The notes beneath the pieces are model-generated. The model did no database searches. It was not told the origin of the DNA and saw only the letters and a list, made by a program, of their open reading frames with translations. DNA of 64,000 nt from Candidatus Lustribacter sp. (lineage in GTDB: Bacteria > Vulcanimicrobiota > Vulcanimicrobiia > Vulcanimicrobiales > Vulcanimicrobiaceae), in contig OZ255842.1 of the NCBI GenBank assembly GCA_965277805.1, positions 5,024,001 through 5,088,000 on the forward strand. The letters are read 5' to 3'. Shown here piece after piece: positions 47,001 through 57,113 of the stretch. A program made the translations under genes and the position numbers. The stretch's first letter is position 1, and each line of letters opens with the position of its first letter.

Positions 47001-48130
47001 GTGGCGGATTTTCTCGGCAGCTCGAAACGCGGCGTGATCCCGTTCTTGCGCATCTCCTCGAGCCAGATCTCGTGGATGCGCGGATCCTGATCCTCGTACT
47101 CGATCTGATCGCCGCCGAGTTTCACGCTCACCTTGCCCATGGCGTTCGCGGTCCCGCCGCCGCCCGTGCGGCGCTGTTGCGAGGTGAAGATGTAGCTCAC
47201 GCCGCCGAGACCGGTGGCGAGATAGCGCGAGGCATTTTCGGTCGTGACGAAGTGCTGGTGGAACTGCTGGTCGCACGGCGGAAAGACCGTGCCGTACTCC
47301 CAATCCACGCGCTCGAAGTCTTTGTCGCCCGGCCGCCACAAGAGCGAGTAGCCGCCGCCCGAAAGCGTAAGGACGTGCGTGCCGCTGCCGTGACGGTGAC
47401 CCTTCTTGTACGATGCCGGCGCGATTTCCGAAACGTGCACGTGCATCGGGCTGTCGGCCAGCGCGAACTTGATGTTGAGCGAACCGGGGCCGCGCTCGTC
47501 GTACGCGGTGAGCTTGATATCGGCCAAGTCGGCGACGAAATTCGTCTGCCAGGTATTGTGGCCGGCGCGGATCATGTGCAGGTCGCCGTCGCCGTTGTAG
47601 TAGCCCTCGCGTCCGATGCGGCTGGCGAATTCGTACGGCACGTTGAAGACGAAGTTGTCATCGTGGAAGAGCTTCATCACCATCGGCGCGGTCGTCGTAG
47701 CGACGATCAGCGCGCGTTGCGTGCCGCTCGCGTTGAAGTGGCGATACTTCGCGTTGAGCGGAATCGCAAACAAGCTGCGCGGTCCCCACTCGAACTGGCG
47801 CTTCGAGCCGTCGGCGAACTCGAGCTCGGTGCTGCCGCGCCCTTCGACGACGAAACAGATCGCTTCGAAGAGATGGTGCACCGGATTCGTGGACGCAGCC
47901 GGCGGGATGTCGAAGAGAAACTGCGAGCAGAAATCGCCGCCGCCGGTGAAGTGCAACGCGGCGCCTTTGACGCCGAAACGCGGCCAATCGCTGGTTTCCG
48001 CGCGCAAGAGGTTGAGCGAGAGGCCTTCGTGGACGCGCAGGCCCTCGCGGGCTACCCATTCTTTGTAGACGTCGACCCCGAAGGGCAGGGTGGCACCGGT
48101 TCCGGGAGTCGTTGTTGTCGTGCTCGCCAT
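46997..48130 (-). CDS. Bicupin protein (ring-cleavage dioxygenase-like fold)
   Basis: HHLFEAI, FAIPLNA..RHFN, GHRH and FHQHF motifs. Confidence 0.8.
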   Translation of the reverse strand: MASTTTTTPGTGATLPFGVDVYKEWVAREGLRVHEGLSLNLLRAETSDWPRFGVKGAALHFTGGGDFCSQFLFDIPPAASTNPVHHLFEAICFVVEGRGSTELEFADGSKRQFEWGPRSLFAIPLNAKYRHFNASGTQRALIVATTTAPMVMKLFHDDNFVFNVPYEFASRIGREGYYNGDGDLHMIRAGHNTWQTNFVADLADIKLTAYDERGPGSLNIKFALADSPMHVHVSEIAPASYKKGHRHGSGTHVLTLSGGGYSLLWRPGDKDFERVDWEYGTVFPPCDQQFHQHFVTTENASRYLATGLGGVSYIFTSQQRRTGGGGTANAMGKVSVKLGGDQIEYEDQDPRIHEIWLEEMRKNGITPRFELPRKSAT

Positions 48131-48185
48131 GGCTCCCCCTTCGACGCCATTGGACGAAACCTGCACGCTCCGCTAGACTCTAGCT

Positions 48186-49508
48186 ATGATCACGCCCGCG
48201 ATGAACGAACGCTTGACGCAGGTGGGCCCGGGGACGCCCTGCGGCGAGCTGATGCGCCGTTACTGGATCCCGATCGCGCCGTTTGCGCAACTGCTCGAGA
48301 ACCCGGTGCGCAAGGTGCGCATTCTGGGAGAAGACCTCGTGCTCTACCGCGATCGCTCTGAGGGTCTGGGACTAATCGGCGATCGCTGCCTGCACCGGCG
48401 CGTCGATCTGCAGTACGGCATTCCCGACACGAACGGCCTGCGTTGCCCCTATCACGGCTGGCTGTTCGGCGCTACGGGCAAGTGTCTCGAGCGCCCGCTG
48501 GAAGCGCATCCGGAGCGCGAGATCACGCAGCAGCTCAAGGGCTATCCGGTGCAAGAACTGGGCGGCATGGTGTTCGCGTACATGGGCCCGCTCCCGGCGC
48601 CGGCGTTGCCGCGCTGGGATCTCTACGTGCATCCGAATTCGATCCGCCAGATCGCCGTCAACGTGCTCGATTGCAACTGGCTGCAGTGCCAAGAGAACAC
48701 GGGCGATCCGCTGCACAGCGTGTGGGTGCACGGCCGTCAGTTCGAATACATTCTCGAACGCGAAAATCAGCTCGAGCGCGCGCAGAGCGAAAGCCATACG
48801 ATTCATTCGCGCTTGAAGATGGGCGTCGGTATCAAAGAAGTGTATGCCGAGCGCACGATCTACGGCATGCGCAAGGGCGTCGTCTATTCGAAGGAACTCG
48901 GCGCGGAAGAAGACCGCGTGAGCGAACACTCGACCGTGATTTTCCCGTTCTACACGCAGACCGGTAAGGCGGGTGCGCCCCGCAGTGAATATCAGATTCG
49001 CGTGCCGATCGACGACACGCACACGCTGCACATTTGCTATCAGGCCTACGCCGGACCGCCCGGCGTCGATGTGCCGCATCAGGAAGTCGTGCCGTGGTAC
49101 GAGCCGCCTACGGTCGACGAGAGCGGCCGGCCGATTCTCGACTACGTGCTCGCGCAAGACGCGATCGTGTGGACCGCGCAGGGTGAGATCGTCGACCGTT
49201 CGCTCGAAGTGCTGGGCCGCACCGACATCCCGATCAACCTGTTGCGCAAACAGCTCGAAGAACAGATCAAGATCGTCGAAGATGGAGGGGCGCCGATGAA
49301 CGTGTTTACCGAATCGCCGGAGATCATCGACGGCAGCGGCAAACCGGTCGACCGCGCCAATCCCGACTACGCGCTGGCCGGCGAATACCGCAAGATGTAT
49401 CACAAGGGCTTCGGCAACGACGATGTCGATCGCTACGGTCCGCTGCTCGAACAAATCAAGGATCTGCATCGACGCATCGAAGCGGCATCGCTGGCGGGCG
49501 TGCGCTGA
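48186..49508 (+). CDS. Rieske aromatic ring-hydroxylating oxygenase alpha subunit (phthalate 4,5-dioxygenase-like)
   Basis: CLH...CPYH Rieske motif, ENTGDPLHSVWVH, QD, and the GPGTPCGELMRRYW N-terminus. Confidence 0.9.
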   Translation: MITPAMNERLTQVGPGTPCGELMRRYWIPIAPFAQLLENPVRKVRILGEDLVLYRDRSEGLGLIGDRCLHRRVDLQYGIPDTNGLRCPYHGWLFGATGKCLERPLEAHPEREITQQLKGYPVQELGGMVFAYMGPLPAPALPRWDLYVHPNSIRQIAVNVLDCNWLQCQENTGDPLHSVWVHGRQFEYILERENQLERAQSESHTIHSRLKMGVGIKEVYAERTIYGMRKGVVYSKELGAEEDRVSEHSTVIFPFYTQTGKAGAPRSEYQIRVPIDDTHTLHICYQAYAGPPGVDVPHQEVVPWYEPPTVDESGRPILDYVLAQDAIVWTAQGEIVDRSLEVLGRTDIPINLLRKQLEEQIKIVEDGGAPMNVFTESPEIIDGSGKPVDRANPDYALAGEYRKMYHKGFGNDDVDRYGPLLEQIKDLHRRIEAASLAGVR

Positions 49509-50470
49509 TGCGCCGCACGACGCTGCTGGGCGGGATCGCCGGCGTCGCGGCCGCGTCGCCGTTCGCCGGCATAGGCTTCACGCAAACGCTGCAAACCGTG
49601 CGCGTGGGTCTGGCCGAAGGCGACGACGCGACGCCGACGCTCTACGCGGTGAAGGCGGGGCTGTTCAAAAAGTACGGCATCGACGTGCAAGTGACGGCAG
49701 TGGCGAGCGGCGCAGCCGGTCTGGCGGCGCTCGCGGGCGGTGCGATCGACGTCACCAGCACGAGCCTGTTGCCGTTCCTCTCGGCGCGGTCGAAGGGCAT
49801 TCCGCTCACGATCGTTGCGCCGCTGGCGGCGTATTCGCCCGACTCCGTCTATGCGGTGATCTTGGTGAAAAAAGACGCGCCGTACAAAACCGGTCGCGAT
49901 CTCAACGGCAAGACGATCGCCTCCCCCGCGTTGCGCGACCTCAACTGGGTTGCGAGCATGGCCTGGATCGATCAGAACGGCGGCGATTCGACGACCTGCA
50001 AGTCGCTCGAAGTGCCGGCCTCGGTGATCCCGGCGGCGCTCGACGACGGCCGGATCGACGCGGCCACGGTCACGACGCCGCGTTACGTGCAAGCGGTGAA
50101 CGGCGGGCTCGTGCGCGCCTTGGGCAAGTCGTACGAATCGATCGCCAAACGTTTCACCTTCGCCGCGATGGTCTCGAACGTCGACTTCGCCAACAAGAAT
50201 CCGGATGCGATCGCGCGCTTCGGGCGCGCGCTGCGCGATTCGACGCGCTACACGAACACGCATCACGACGAGACCCTGCCGATCTACGCCGCCTTTGCAA
50301 AGATCGACCCGAAAGACATCGCCGGCGCACCGCGCGCGGAGAGCGCGCCGTACGTCGACGCGAAGGACATCCAGCCGATGATCAACGTGGCCGTGAAGTA
50401 CGGCGTGATCGCGCAGGCGATCAACCCGCAAGACCTCATCAGCCCGGCAGCACTCAAACCCGGGACGTAG
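49508..50470 (+). CDS. ABC transporter substrate-binding protein (NitT/TauT type)
   Basis: MRRTT signal, DLNGKTIA and WIDQNGGD; paralog of the gene at 43936. Confidence 0.85.
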   Translation: MRRTTLLGGIAGVAAASPFAGIGFTQTLQTVRVGLAEGDDATPTLYAVKAGLFKKYGIDVQVTAVASGAAGLAALAGGAIDVTSTSLLPFLSARSKGIPLTIVAPLAAYSPDSVYAVILVKKDAPYKTGRDLNGKTIASPALRDLNWVASMAWIDQNGGDSTTCKSLEVPASVIPAALDDGRIDAATVTTPRYVQAVNGGLVRALGKSYESIAKRFTFAAMVSNVDFANKNPDAIARFGRALRDSTRYTNTHHDETLPIYAAFAKIDPKDIAGAPRAESAPYVDAKDIQPMINVAVKYGVIAQAINPQDLISPAALKPGT

Positions 50471-50477
50471 CCCGGCG

Positions 50478-50858
50478 GTGCAGACGATCGTTCCGATCCT
50501 CCGCTACACGAATGCGCGGGCAGCAATCGCATTTCTTTGCAGGGCGTTCGGTTTCGTCGAGCTGTTCTCGGACCCGCCGTCGGGCGAACCCGTACGTCAC
50601 GCGCGGTTGAAACTCGGAACGAACGAGATCATGCTTGGTTCGGTGCGTGATGCCGACGGGATCGAGAGCCCGCTAGAGCTGGGTGCGGCGACCCAAGGCC
50701 TCTGCGTGTACGTCGAGGATGTCGAGGCGCATTTTGCCGCCGCGAAAGCGGCGGGCGCGAAGGATATGAGCCCGCTCGAAGGCACGGATTTCGGCGCGCG
50801 CCTGTATCATGTGCGCGACCCCGAGGGACATCCCTGGACCTTTAGCTCGCCGCCATAA
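50478..50858 (+). CDS. VOC/glyoxalase family protein
   Basis: AIAFLCRAFGF, HARL and RDPEGHPW motifs. Confidence 0.85.
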   Translation: MQTIVPILRYTNARAAIAFLCRAFGFVELFSDPPSGEPVRHARLKLGTNEIMLGSVRDADGIESPLELGAATQGLCVYVEDVEAHFAAAKAAGAKDMSPLEGTDFGARLYHVRDPEGHPWTFSSPP

Positions 50859-51849
50859 AGCCCGACGCGCGCAGCTGTTCGATGCGTGCGAGTTGATCCG
50901 GGCTGAGCTGCCCGCGCGCTTCGGCTTCGGCTGCGGCATCGACGTGCGCGGCATCGGAGATGCCGACGAGCACGGTTGAGATCGCCGGATTCGAGAGCCC
51001 AAAGCGGATCGCGGCGGGGACGAGCGTCGGATCGCCCTCATCGCCCAGAAAGCGCAGCGTCTTCGCCTGCTCGATGAACTTTGCGTAATCGCCGCCGCCC
51101 ATTGGCGCGGCGTTGGGATGGCGGTCGAAGCCGGTTGCGAGTGCGCCGCCCTCGAGAATGCGCAGCGCCACGATGCCCATGCCGCGCTGCGCCGCGCGCG
51201 CGCCGACGCGGCCGTAGGTGAACAACGGGTTGACCGTCGGCCCGTCGAGCCACGCGGACTGGTTGAGCATGCTGTAGTTGATGATGATCGAGTCGAACTT
51301 GCCGCTGTCGATCAGCGCCTCGATCAATGCGTTGTCGCCACCGAAGGCCTGGCAGCCGATGAAGCGCACGAGGCCGCGGTTCTTCGCGCGCTCGAAGCCT
51401 TCCACGACGCCGTTTTTGCCGAGCACGTCGTCGAGCGTGAGCAGCGCGCCGCTGCCGTACGGCGATCTCGCCATGCGCGCGGGGCCGACGCGATTGTGCA
51501 TGTGCACGATCGGCAAGACGTCGACCTCGAGCCGCTCGAGGCTTCCCTCGAGCGAGCGCACCACTCCGCCGGCCAAATCGTCGTAGTCTTCAACTTCCAG
51601 CGCGACCTTGGTTGAAATGATCGGCTTCGCACCCAGTTCGCGCAGCGCTTGAGCGAGATGAAGCTCGGAGAGCGTGTCGCCGTACACCGGCGCCGTGTCG
51701 AAGAGCGTGATGCCGCGTTCGAGCGCGCGTTCGACCGCGGCGCGCCGCGCTTCGGCCGGCCCGCTGACCATCAAGCCGGCCGAGGTTCCGCAGCCGAAGC
51801 CGATCTCAGAAATCTCGAGGCCCGTGCGGCCGAGTTTGCGGTACTTCAT
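50842..51849 (-). CDS. Aldo/keto reductase
   Basis: MKYRKLGRTG, FDTAPVYG, SLERL and HMHN motifs. Confidence 0.88.
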   Translation of the reverse strand: MKYRKLGRTGLEISEIGFGCGTSAGLMVSGPAEARRAAVERALERGITLFDTAPVYGDTLSELHLAQALRELGAKPIISTKVALEVEDYDDLAGGVVRSLEGSLERLEVDVLPIVHMHNRVGPARMARSPYGSGALLTLDDVLGKNGVVEGFERAKNRGLVRFIGCQAFGGDNALIEALIDSGKFDSIIINYSMLNQSAWLDGPTVNPLFTYGRVGARAAQRGMGIVALRILEGGALATGFDRHPNAAPMGGGDYAKFIEQAKTLRFLGDEGDPTLVPAAIRFGLSNPAISTVLVGISDAAHVDAAAEAEARGQLSPDQLARIEQLRASGFMAAS

Positions 51850-52820
51850 GCTGCGCCGGTTATGCCGTCTAGTTCGCGCAGTTCCTCCGGGGTGAGGGTC
51901 CAATCGACCGCCGCCGCGTTTTGCCGAACCTGTTCGGGTCGCGTCGCACCCGCGAGAATGCTGGTGACGCACGGTTGCGCCAGGAGCCACGAAAACGCCA
52001 GTTCGAGCAGCGTATGACCCCGCTGTTGTGCGAACGTGTTGAGCTGCTCGACGAGCGCCGTGTTGCGATCCGTGTCGAAGCGCTTCGTCATCATGTCCGC
52101 AATGCGCGCGTTTTCCGGCGTTTGCAAACGGAGGCGTCCGGCTTCGCTGCCCGCTTCGCCCGCACGGTACTTTCCGGTGAGGAGGCCGCTCGCCAGCGGA
52201 AAATACGTCAAGAGACCGAGCCCGTGGGCCGTCATCATCGGCGCCAGCTGCGGCTCGACGATTGAGCGCTGCAATAAGCTGTATTCGTCCTGACACGAAA
52301 CCGGTTCGTTGAGCCCGAGGAGCTTGGCCGTCATGTACGCGCGGCTGACTTGCCACGCCGGCATCTTGGAGACGCCGTAGTAACGGATCGTTCCGGCCCG
52401 CACGAGGTCGTCGAGCGTGCGGAGCGTTTCGTCGATCGGTGTGATCGGATCCGGTTCGTGGAATTGATAGAGATCGATGTAATCGGTCTGCAGATTGCGC
52501 AGGCTGCGGTGCACGGCTTTGGTGATGTAGTCGCGCGAGCCGGTTCGTAAGACGGTCCGCGACTGGCCGTGCGGTGCCGACGGCGTCCACTTCGTCGCGA
52601 TGTAGACCTCCGCGCGATGCTTTCCCAGCGCTGCGCCGAGTTTTTGTTCGGAGACGCCGCTGCCGTAGCTCTCGGCCGTATCGAACAGCGTGATACCGCT
52701 TTCGAGCGCCGCATCGACGACGCTCTGCGCATCCATCTGCGGCCGGAAGCCGAAGTTATTGCAGCCCAGTGCCAGGACCGAGACCTGGAGACCCGATCGG
52801 CCCAGCGTCCGCGTCTTCAT
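51846..52820 (-). CDS. Aldo/keto reductase
   Basis: LGCNNFG, FDTAESYG, DYIDLYQFH and YFPLASGLLTGKY motifs. Confidence 0.9.
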   Translation of the reverse strand: MKTRTLGRSGLQVSVLALGCNNFGFRPQMDAQSVVDAALESGITLFDTAESYGSGVSEQKLGAALGKHRAEVYIATKWTPSAPHGQSRTVLRTGSRDYITKAVHRSLRNLQTDYIDLYQFHEPDPITPIDETLRTLDDLVRAGTIRYYGVSKMPAWQVSRAYMTAKLLGLNEPVSCQDEYSLLQRSIVEPQLAPMMTAHGLGLLTYFPLASGLLTGKYRAGEAGSEAGRLRLQTPENARIADMMTKRFDTDRNTALVEQLNTFAQQRGHTLLELAFSWLLAQPCVTSILAGATRPEQVRQNAAAVDWTLTPEELRELDGITGAA

Positions 52821-54526
52821 TTTGGATCGTCTCCCTCGGTGATGACGTCGATGAGCCACGGCCGGCGCGAGTTTCCCGCTTCGTCCAGCGCGGCGGTGAG
52901 CTCCTCAATCGAAGCAGCGCGGCGAGACTGCAATCCGAGGCTTTGCGCGAGCGCGACGTAATCGATCGGCGCTTCGTCAAAGAGCCATCCCATCGATGCG
53001 AGGGCTTCGTCGGAATACGGGTGCGGACTGCCCGATTGAATGCCGCCGCGACCGGGGCCCGTGCCGCGGCTGTGGGCCCAGCCGCGATTGTCGGCAAGGA
53101 CGAAGATCATCGGCAATTGCAAGCGCGCTGCGAGGTAGACCGCGGATGAGGTGAACATGAAGTTGCCGTCGCCGAGCAGCGCGATAACGCGCGCGCCGGG
53201 TTTGGCGAGCTGAACGCCGATCGCGCTCGGCGCACCCCAGCCCTGCGCGCTGCCTTTCCCCGAAAGACCATAATAGGCGTCCGGGTCGTCGAGGTCGACT
53301 AAGGCGTCGAAGTGGGCGACGGCCGAACTGAGCGCTTCGACCACGGTCCACTTGCCGTCGCAGTACTGGTTGACCACGTCGAGGAGGGTCGAGCGCAACA
53401 GTGATGGACCACTCCACGGGGTCTCGCGCAGACCTTGCGCGCGTGTGAGCCGCCGCTCACGGAGAGCCGCGGTTCCGCCGGCGTTGCGCGTCACCGCGGT
53501 GGCCGGGGTGCGTTGGGCGACGAGTGTCGCAAGCTGCGCGAGGCTCGCTTGCGGATGACCGCTGAGCGCAAGGTCGGGCCAGAGTTGTTTCACCGGAAGC
53601 TGTGGATCGCATGAAAGCGCGATCAACTTCAATCCGGCCGGAAGCAGCGGCGGCTCCGAAACGCCGAGTTGGGTGAATTCCACGCCGACTGAGAGCGCGA
53701 CGTCCGCAGCCTCGATCACATCGCGGTTGGCTCGCATCTTCCCGATATAGTTCGGATGCGATGTCGGAAACGGAAGAAACGCCGCGAGGTTGTCCGCCAT
53801 CACCGGCGCTCCAAGGGCCTCGGCTAGTCGCACCGCTTCAGCCATCGCTCCCGCGTACTGCCCGATCTCGCTGCCGAACAGCAGCACGGGACGTTCGGCC
53901 TGCGCTAGCAGCTCCGCTGCGGCGGCGAGACCCTCCGCGTCGGCGGAAGCGCGAGCATATGCATGCATGCGCTCGAAGTCGCCACACGGCGGTGTCTCGC
54001 TGACGACAGCATCCCAAAGATCGAGCGGAACGGCGAGGTGCACAGGGCCCATCGGCGGTTGCGCTGCGATCGCAAACGCGCGCGCCAGCGCCTCCGGGAG
54101 CCGGTCGGCGGTCGGGACTTCGAAACTCCACTTTGCATACTGCGAGGTCATGTCGAGGATCGATCCCGGCACCGCCGCATATTGATCGCGGCCGCTCGTG
54201 ATGCGGCTGCTCGTCGTGGAAACGACGACGAGCGGAACGTGGTCGGCCCACGCGACGGTCATGCCGACCATTCCGAGCGCCGTCCCCGACGAGTAATACA
54301 GAATCGCGCACACCGGTTTGCGCGATGCGCGTGCGTAGCCTTGCGCGACCAGCGTGAGATTCGACTCGTTGAGATGGCTGATGTACCGGATGTCGTCGCG
54401 GCGCCGGTAGAACGCGTCTCCGAGCGGATACATGCCCGTACCGACGATGTTGAAGGCGTCCTTCGCGCCGAGGCGCACGAGCGTATCGACGAACAGATCC
54501 GCGCCGCGTTGTGGCTGGGGCGGCAC
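52817..54526 (-). CDS. Thiamine diphosphate-dependent enzyme (benzoylformate decarboxylase-like)
   Basis: Catalytic Glu in LNES, GPVHLAVP, and GDG...DNRGW ThDP-binding motif. Confidence 0.85.
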   Translation of the reverse strand: MPPQPQRGADLFVDTLVRLGAKDAFNIVGTGMYPLGDAFYRRRDDIRYISHLNESNLTLVAQGYARASRKPVCAILYYSSGTALGMVGMTVAWADHVPLVVVSTTSSRITSGRDQYAAVPGSILDMTSQYAKWSFEVPTADRLPEALARAFAIAAQPPMGPVHLAVPLDLWDAVVSETPPCGDFERMHAYARASADAEGLAAAAELLAQAERPVLLFGSEIGQYAGAMAEAVRLAEALGAPVMADNLAAFLPFPTSHPNYIGKMRANRDVIEAADVALSVGVEFTQLGVSEPPLLPAGLKLIALSCDPQLPVKQLWPDLALSGHPQASLAQLATLVAQRTPATAVTRNAGGTAALRERRLTRAQGLRETPWSGPSLLRSTLLDVVNQYCDGKWTVVEALSSAVAHFDALVDLDDPDAYYGLSGKGSAQGWGAPSAIGVQLAKPGARVIALLGDGNFMFTSSAVYLAARLQLPMIFVLADNRGWAHSRGTGPGRGGIQSGSPHPYSDEALASMGWLFDEAPIDYVALAQSLGLQSRRAASIEELTAALDEAGNSRRPWLIDVITEGDDPK

Positions 54527-55705
54527 TTACTTCTCGAGCGGATCTTTGACGGTCGGGTAGACGGCGATTTCTGTGTTCTGGTAGACGCCGTTGATTTTGT
54601 CCACGCGGCGGATGTAGATGTTCTGCACGACGTCGCGCGTCTGCCGGTCGATTTGGACCGGCCCGCGCGCGCTATCCAGTTTGATGCCTTTGAGCAGTGC
54701 CATGGTCTTGTCGGGGTCGAGCGTGCCGTTTTGCTGGGCGGTGACCTTATAGATGGCTTGCAACGCGTCGTAGGTCGCGACTGAATAGAAGTCGGGGGAA
54801 GCGATCGATGTGTCGGCGGCTCGCATGTCGCGGGTCAGGACCGCATTGAGCGGCGACACGTGAGCCGCCGAGTAATTCATCGCGGTATAGACTCCAAGTA
54901 CGTCATCGCCGAGCGCCGGCAGCGCTTGTTCGTTCGTTTCCCCGGTCGCCAGAACTTTGATCCCGCTCTGCTGTCCGCCGGCAGCCCGCCAGGCCTTCAT
55001 GAACGGACCGAACGAGCCGGTCAAAAACGTGAAAACTGCTTGCGGTTTCGCGTCGCGAACGCGTTGGACGTAGGCCGAGAAGTCGATCGCATTCGTTGGA
55101 ACGCGTACCTCGCCCGAGATCGTACCGCCGCCGGCGGTGAATGCGGTGCTGAACGCTGATGACGCATCGAGGCCGGCCGAGAAGTCAAGATAGACGAGGT
55201 AGACGTTCTTGATGTTGTTCTTCAACGCCCACGCAGCGAGCGGATGCGTGAGCTGGCCCTCCGTGTAGCTGAGGCGGGCCATGTACGGGTTGGGCTCGAG
55301 CAGTCCGTAGCCGGCGGCGTTCACGATGATGGTCGGCGTTTTCGAAGCCGTCGATACGTCGCCGACCGCCTTCGCATTCGGCGAAGACATCAAACCCATC
55401 AGGAAGTCGACGTGATCGTTGACGACGAGTTCTTGCGCCAAACGCTTCGCATTTTCGGGTGCAAGCCCGCTGTCGTCGCGCTTGATGATCTCGAGCTTGC
55501 GGCCCGCGACCTGTTCACCGTGTTCTTTGATGAAGGCCGCCACCGCGGCATCGCTGTCTTTGCCGTATTGCGTGAAGAAGCCGGAAAACGTCGATATGAG
55601 ACCCACGCGCAATGGCGGCTGATCCGCACCCGCGCTCTGCGACGAGACGAGGGTCGCGCACAAAAAACTTGCGAGCGCGAGCGAAGCAAAGACGCGTGCA
55701 TTCAT
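54527..55705 (-). CDS. ABC transporter substrate-binding protein (branched-chain/aromatic type)
   Basis: Signal peptide; VAGRKLEIIKRDD, DFSAY and RDVVQNIYIR motifs. Confidence 0.88.
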   Translation of the reverse strand: MNARVFASLALASFLCATLVSSQSAGADQPPLRVGLISTFSGFFTQYGKDSDAAVAAFIKEHGEQVAGRKLEIIKRDDSGLAPENAKRLAQELVVNDHVDFLMGLMSSPNAKAVGDVSTASKTPTIIVNAAGYGLLEPNPYMARLSYTEGQLTHPLAAWALKNNIKNVYLVYLDFSAGLDASSAFSTAFTAGGGTISGEVRVPTNAIDFSAYVQRVRDAKPQAVFTFLTGSFGPFMKAWRAAGGQQSGIKVLATGETNEQALPALGDDVLGVYTAMNYSAAHVSPLNAVLTRDMRAADTSIASPDFYSVATYDALQAIYKVTAQQNGTLDPDKTMALLKGIKLDSARGPVQIDRQTRDVVQNIYIRRVDKINGVYQNTEIAVYPTVKDPLEK

Positions 55706-55766
55706 ACGCTCGCGAACTTCGGAGAGGCCGGCAGGGAAACCCGCTGCGGGCTTGGGTCAGCGATAC

Positions 55767-56345
55767 GTGGAAGCTCCGCGCGTGAGCGTCGTGGAAGTCG
55801 CGCCGGGAATCTACGTAACGCGCGCGTTCGAGGCCGGCGAAGCTGCCGATCTCGTTGCCGGCGCTGCACGTGCAACCGCATGGCAAGACGCGGGCATCAA
55901 TGCAAATCTCGACGTCGATCGCTCAGTGCGGGATGCCGAGGTCCTCTTCGAGCCGGCCGCCGGTGCCGGCTCGGCGGAGCGTTCGCTGATCGCTCGATGC
56001 CGTGACCGGCTCTTCTTGGCAACGCGCACGGTCGCTGCCGCCGTCGCCCCCAAAACGGTCCTCGCGGAAATACAGATCGTGCGCTACCACGCGGGCGGCC
56101 GCTACGTCGAACACCGCGACACGCCCGAACTCGGCGCAACGCCGCGCGCGCTCTCGCTCGTGTGTTACCTCAACGACGACTTCACCGGCGGCGAAACCGT
56201 CTTCATCAACCCGGAAATCACGATCCCAATCGTAACTGGAAACGTCGTCGCATTTTCCCCGATCCTACTCCATCGCGCCGAACCCATCATCACCGGCACC
56301 AAGTACGTCATCACCGCCTGGTACCACACCCCACCCCCGCGCTAA
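55767..56345 (+). CDS. 2OG-Fe(II) oxygenase (prolyl-4-hydroxylase-like)
   Basis: HRD, YLNDDFTGGET, LH and KY motifs. Confidence 0.85.
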   Translation: MEAPRVSVVEVAPGIYVTRAFEAGEAADLVAGAARATAWQDAGINANLDVDRSVRDAEVLFEPAAGAGSAERSLIARCRDRLFLATRTVAAAVAPKTVLAEIQIVRYHAGGRYVEHRDTPELGATPRALSLVCYLNDDFTGGETVFINPEITIPIVTGNVVAFSPILLHRAEPIITGTKYVITAWYHTPPPR

Positions 56346-56353
56346 GTCGTTCG

Positions 56354-56755
56354 CTACGCGGGCTGAACGCTCGTGCAGTACATGCAGCGGTGCGCACCGA
56401 GCGGAATCGTGCTCAGGCACTCGGGGCAGGTCGTTGTGGAGGGCGCAACCTCAGCCGGTTTGCGCCACGCCGCGACCTTTTGAGTGGGCAGCACGATCAC
56501 GTAATAGACGGCCGCTGCGATACAGAGAAACGAGAAGATCGAGTTGAGAAAATCGCCGTACAAAAAGTGACTGTGATTGATGGTCAACACGAGCGATTCA
56601 AAACTCGGCTTCCCGAAAACTGCGGCAATCAACGGCGTGATCAAGTCCTTGACCAGCGCAGTGACCACCGCTCCGAACGCCCCGCCGATGACCACCGCTA
56701 CTGCCAGATCGATCACGTTCCCGCGATTGAGAAACGCCAAAAACCCCTTAATCAT
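56354..56755 (-). CDS. mscL: Large-conductance mechanosensitive channel with C-terminal zinc ribbon
   Basis: FLNRGNVIDLAVAVVIGGAF and YGDFL motifs; ends in CPEC-x10-CMYC. Confidence 0.92.
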   Translation of the reverse strand: MIKGFLAFLNRGNVIDLAVAVVIGGAFGAVVTALVKDLITPLIAAVFGKPSFESLVLTINHSHFLYGDFLNSIFSFLCIAAAVYYVIVLPTQKVAAWRKPAEVAPSTTTCPECLSTIPLGAHRCMYCTSVQPA

Positions 56756-56786
56756 GCCCGCACCATACCATATCTTGCGTTTCCGG

Positions 56787-57113
56787 TCAGTACGTCTGTT
56801 TCTGCTTTGTCTCGATCTCCGCGATCTTGTCATCAAGTTCGCGCCGGTCGATCAGCCCTTGAAGATGGTCGACCTCGGCCCAAGTCCCGGCGCCGAGAAA
56901 CGCCGCGGCCAAAAGCATGCAACCAAGGGCGACCGGCAGCTCGAACGGCGCAACGTTCCAATGCGCAACGCCGCCGAAGGACGAATCGCGGCTAAATCGC
57001 GACAGCCAGACCGCACCCAGGTAGAGATACCAAAGGACGAAGTAGAGCGCGCCGCCCGCCAGCGCGCTCAAGACCAGTACTTGCAGCATGCGAAAAACGG
57101 TCCCGCCCTTCAT
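56787..57113 (-). CDS. Small 2-TM hypothetical protein
   Basis: Start overlaps the upstream stop (ATGA); two hydrophobic helices. Confidence 0.55.
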   Translation of the reverse strand: MKGGTVFRMLQVLVLSALAGGALYFVLWYLYLGAVWLSRFSRDSSFGGVAHWNVAPFELPVALGCMLLAAAFLGAGTWAEVDHLQGLIDRRELDDKIAEIETKQKQTY

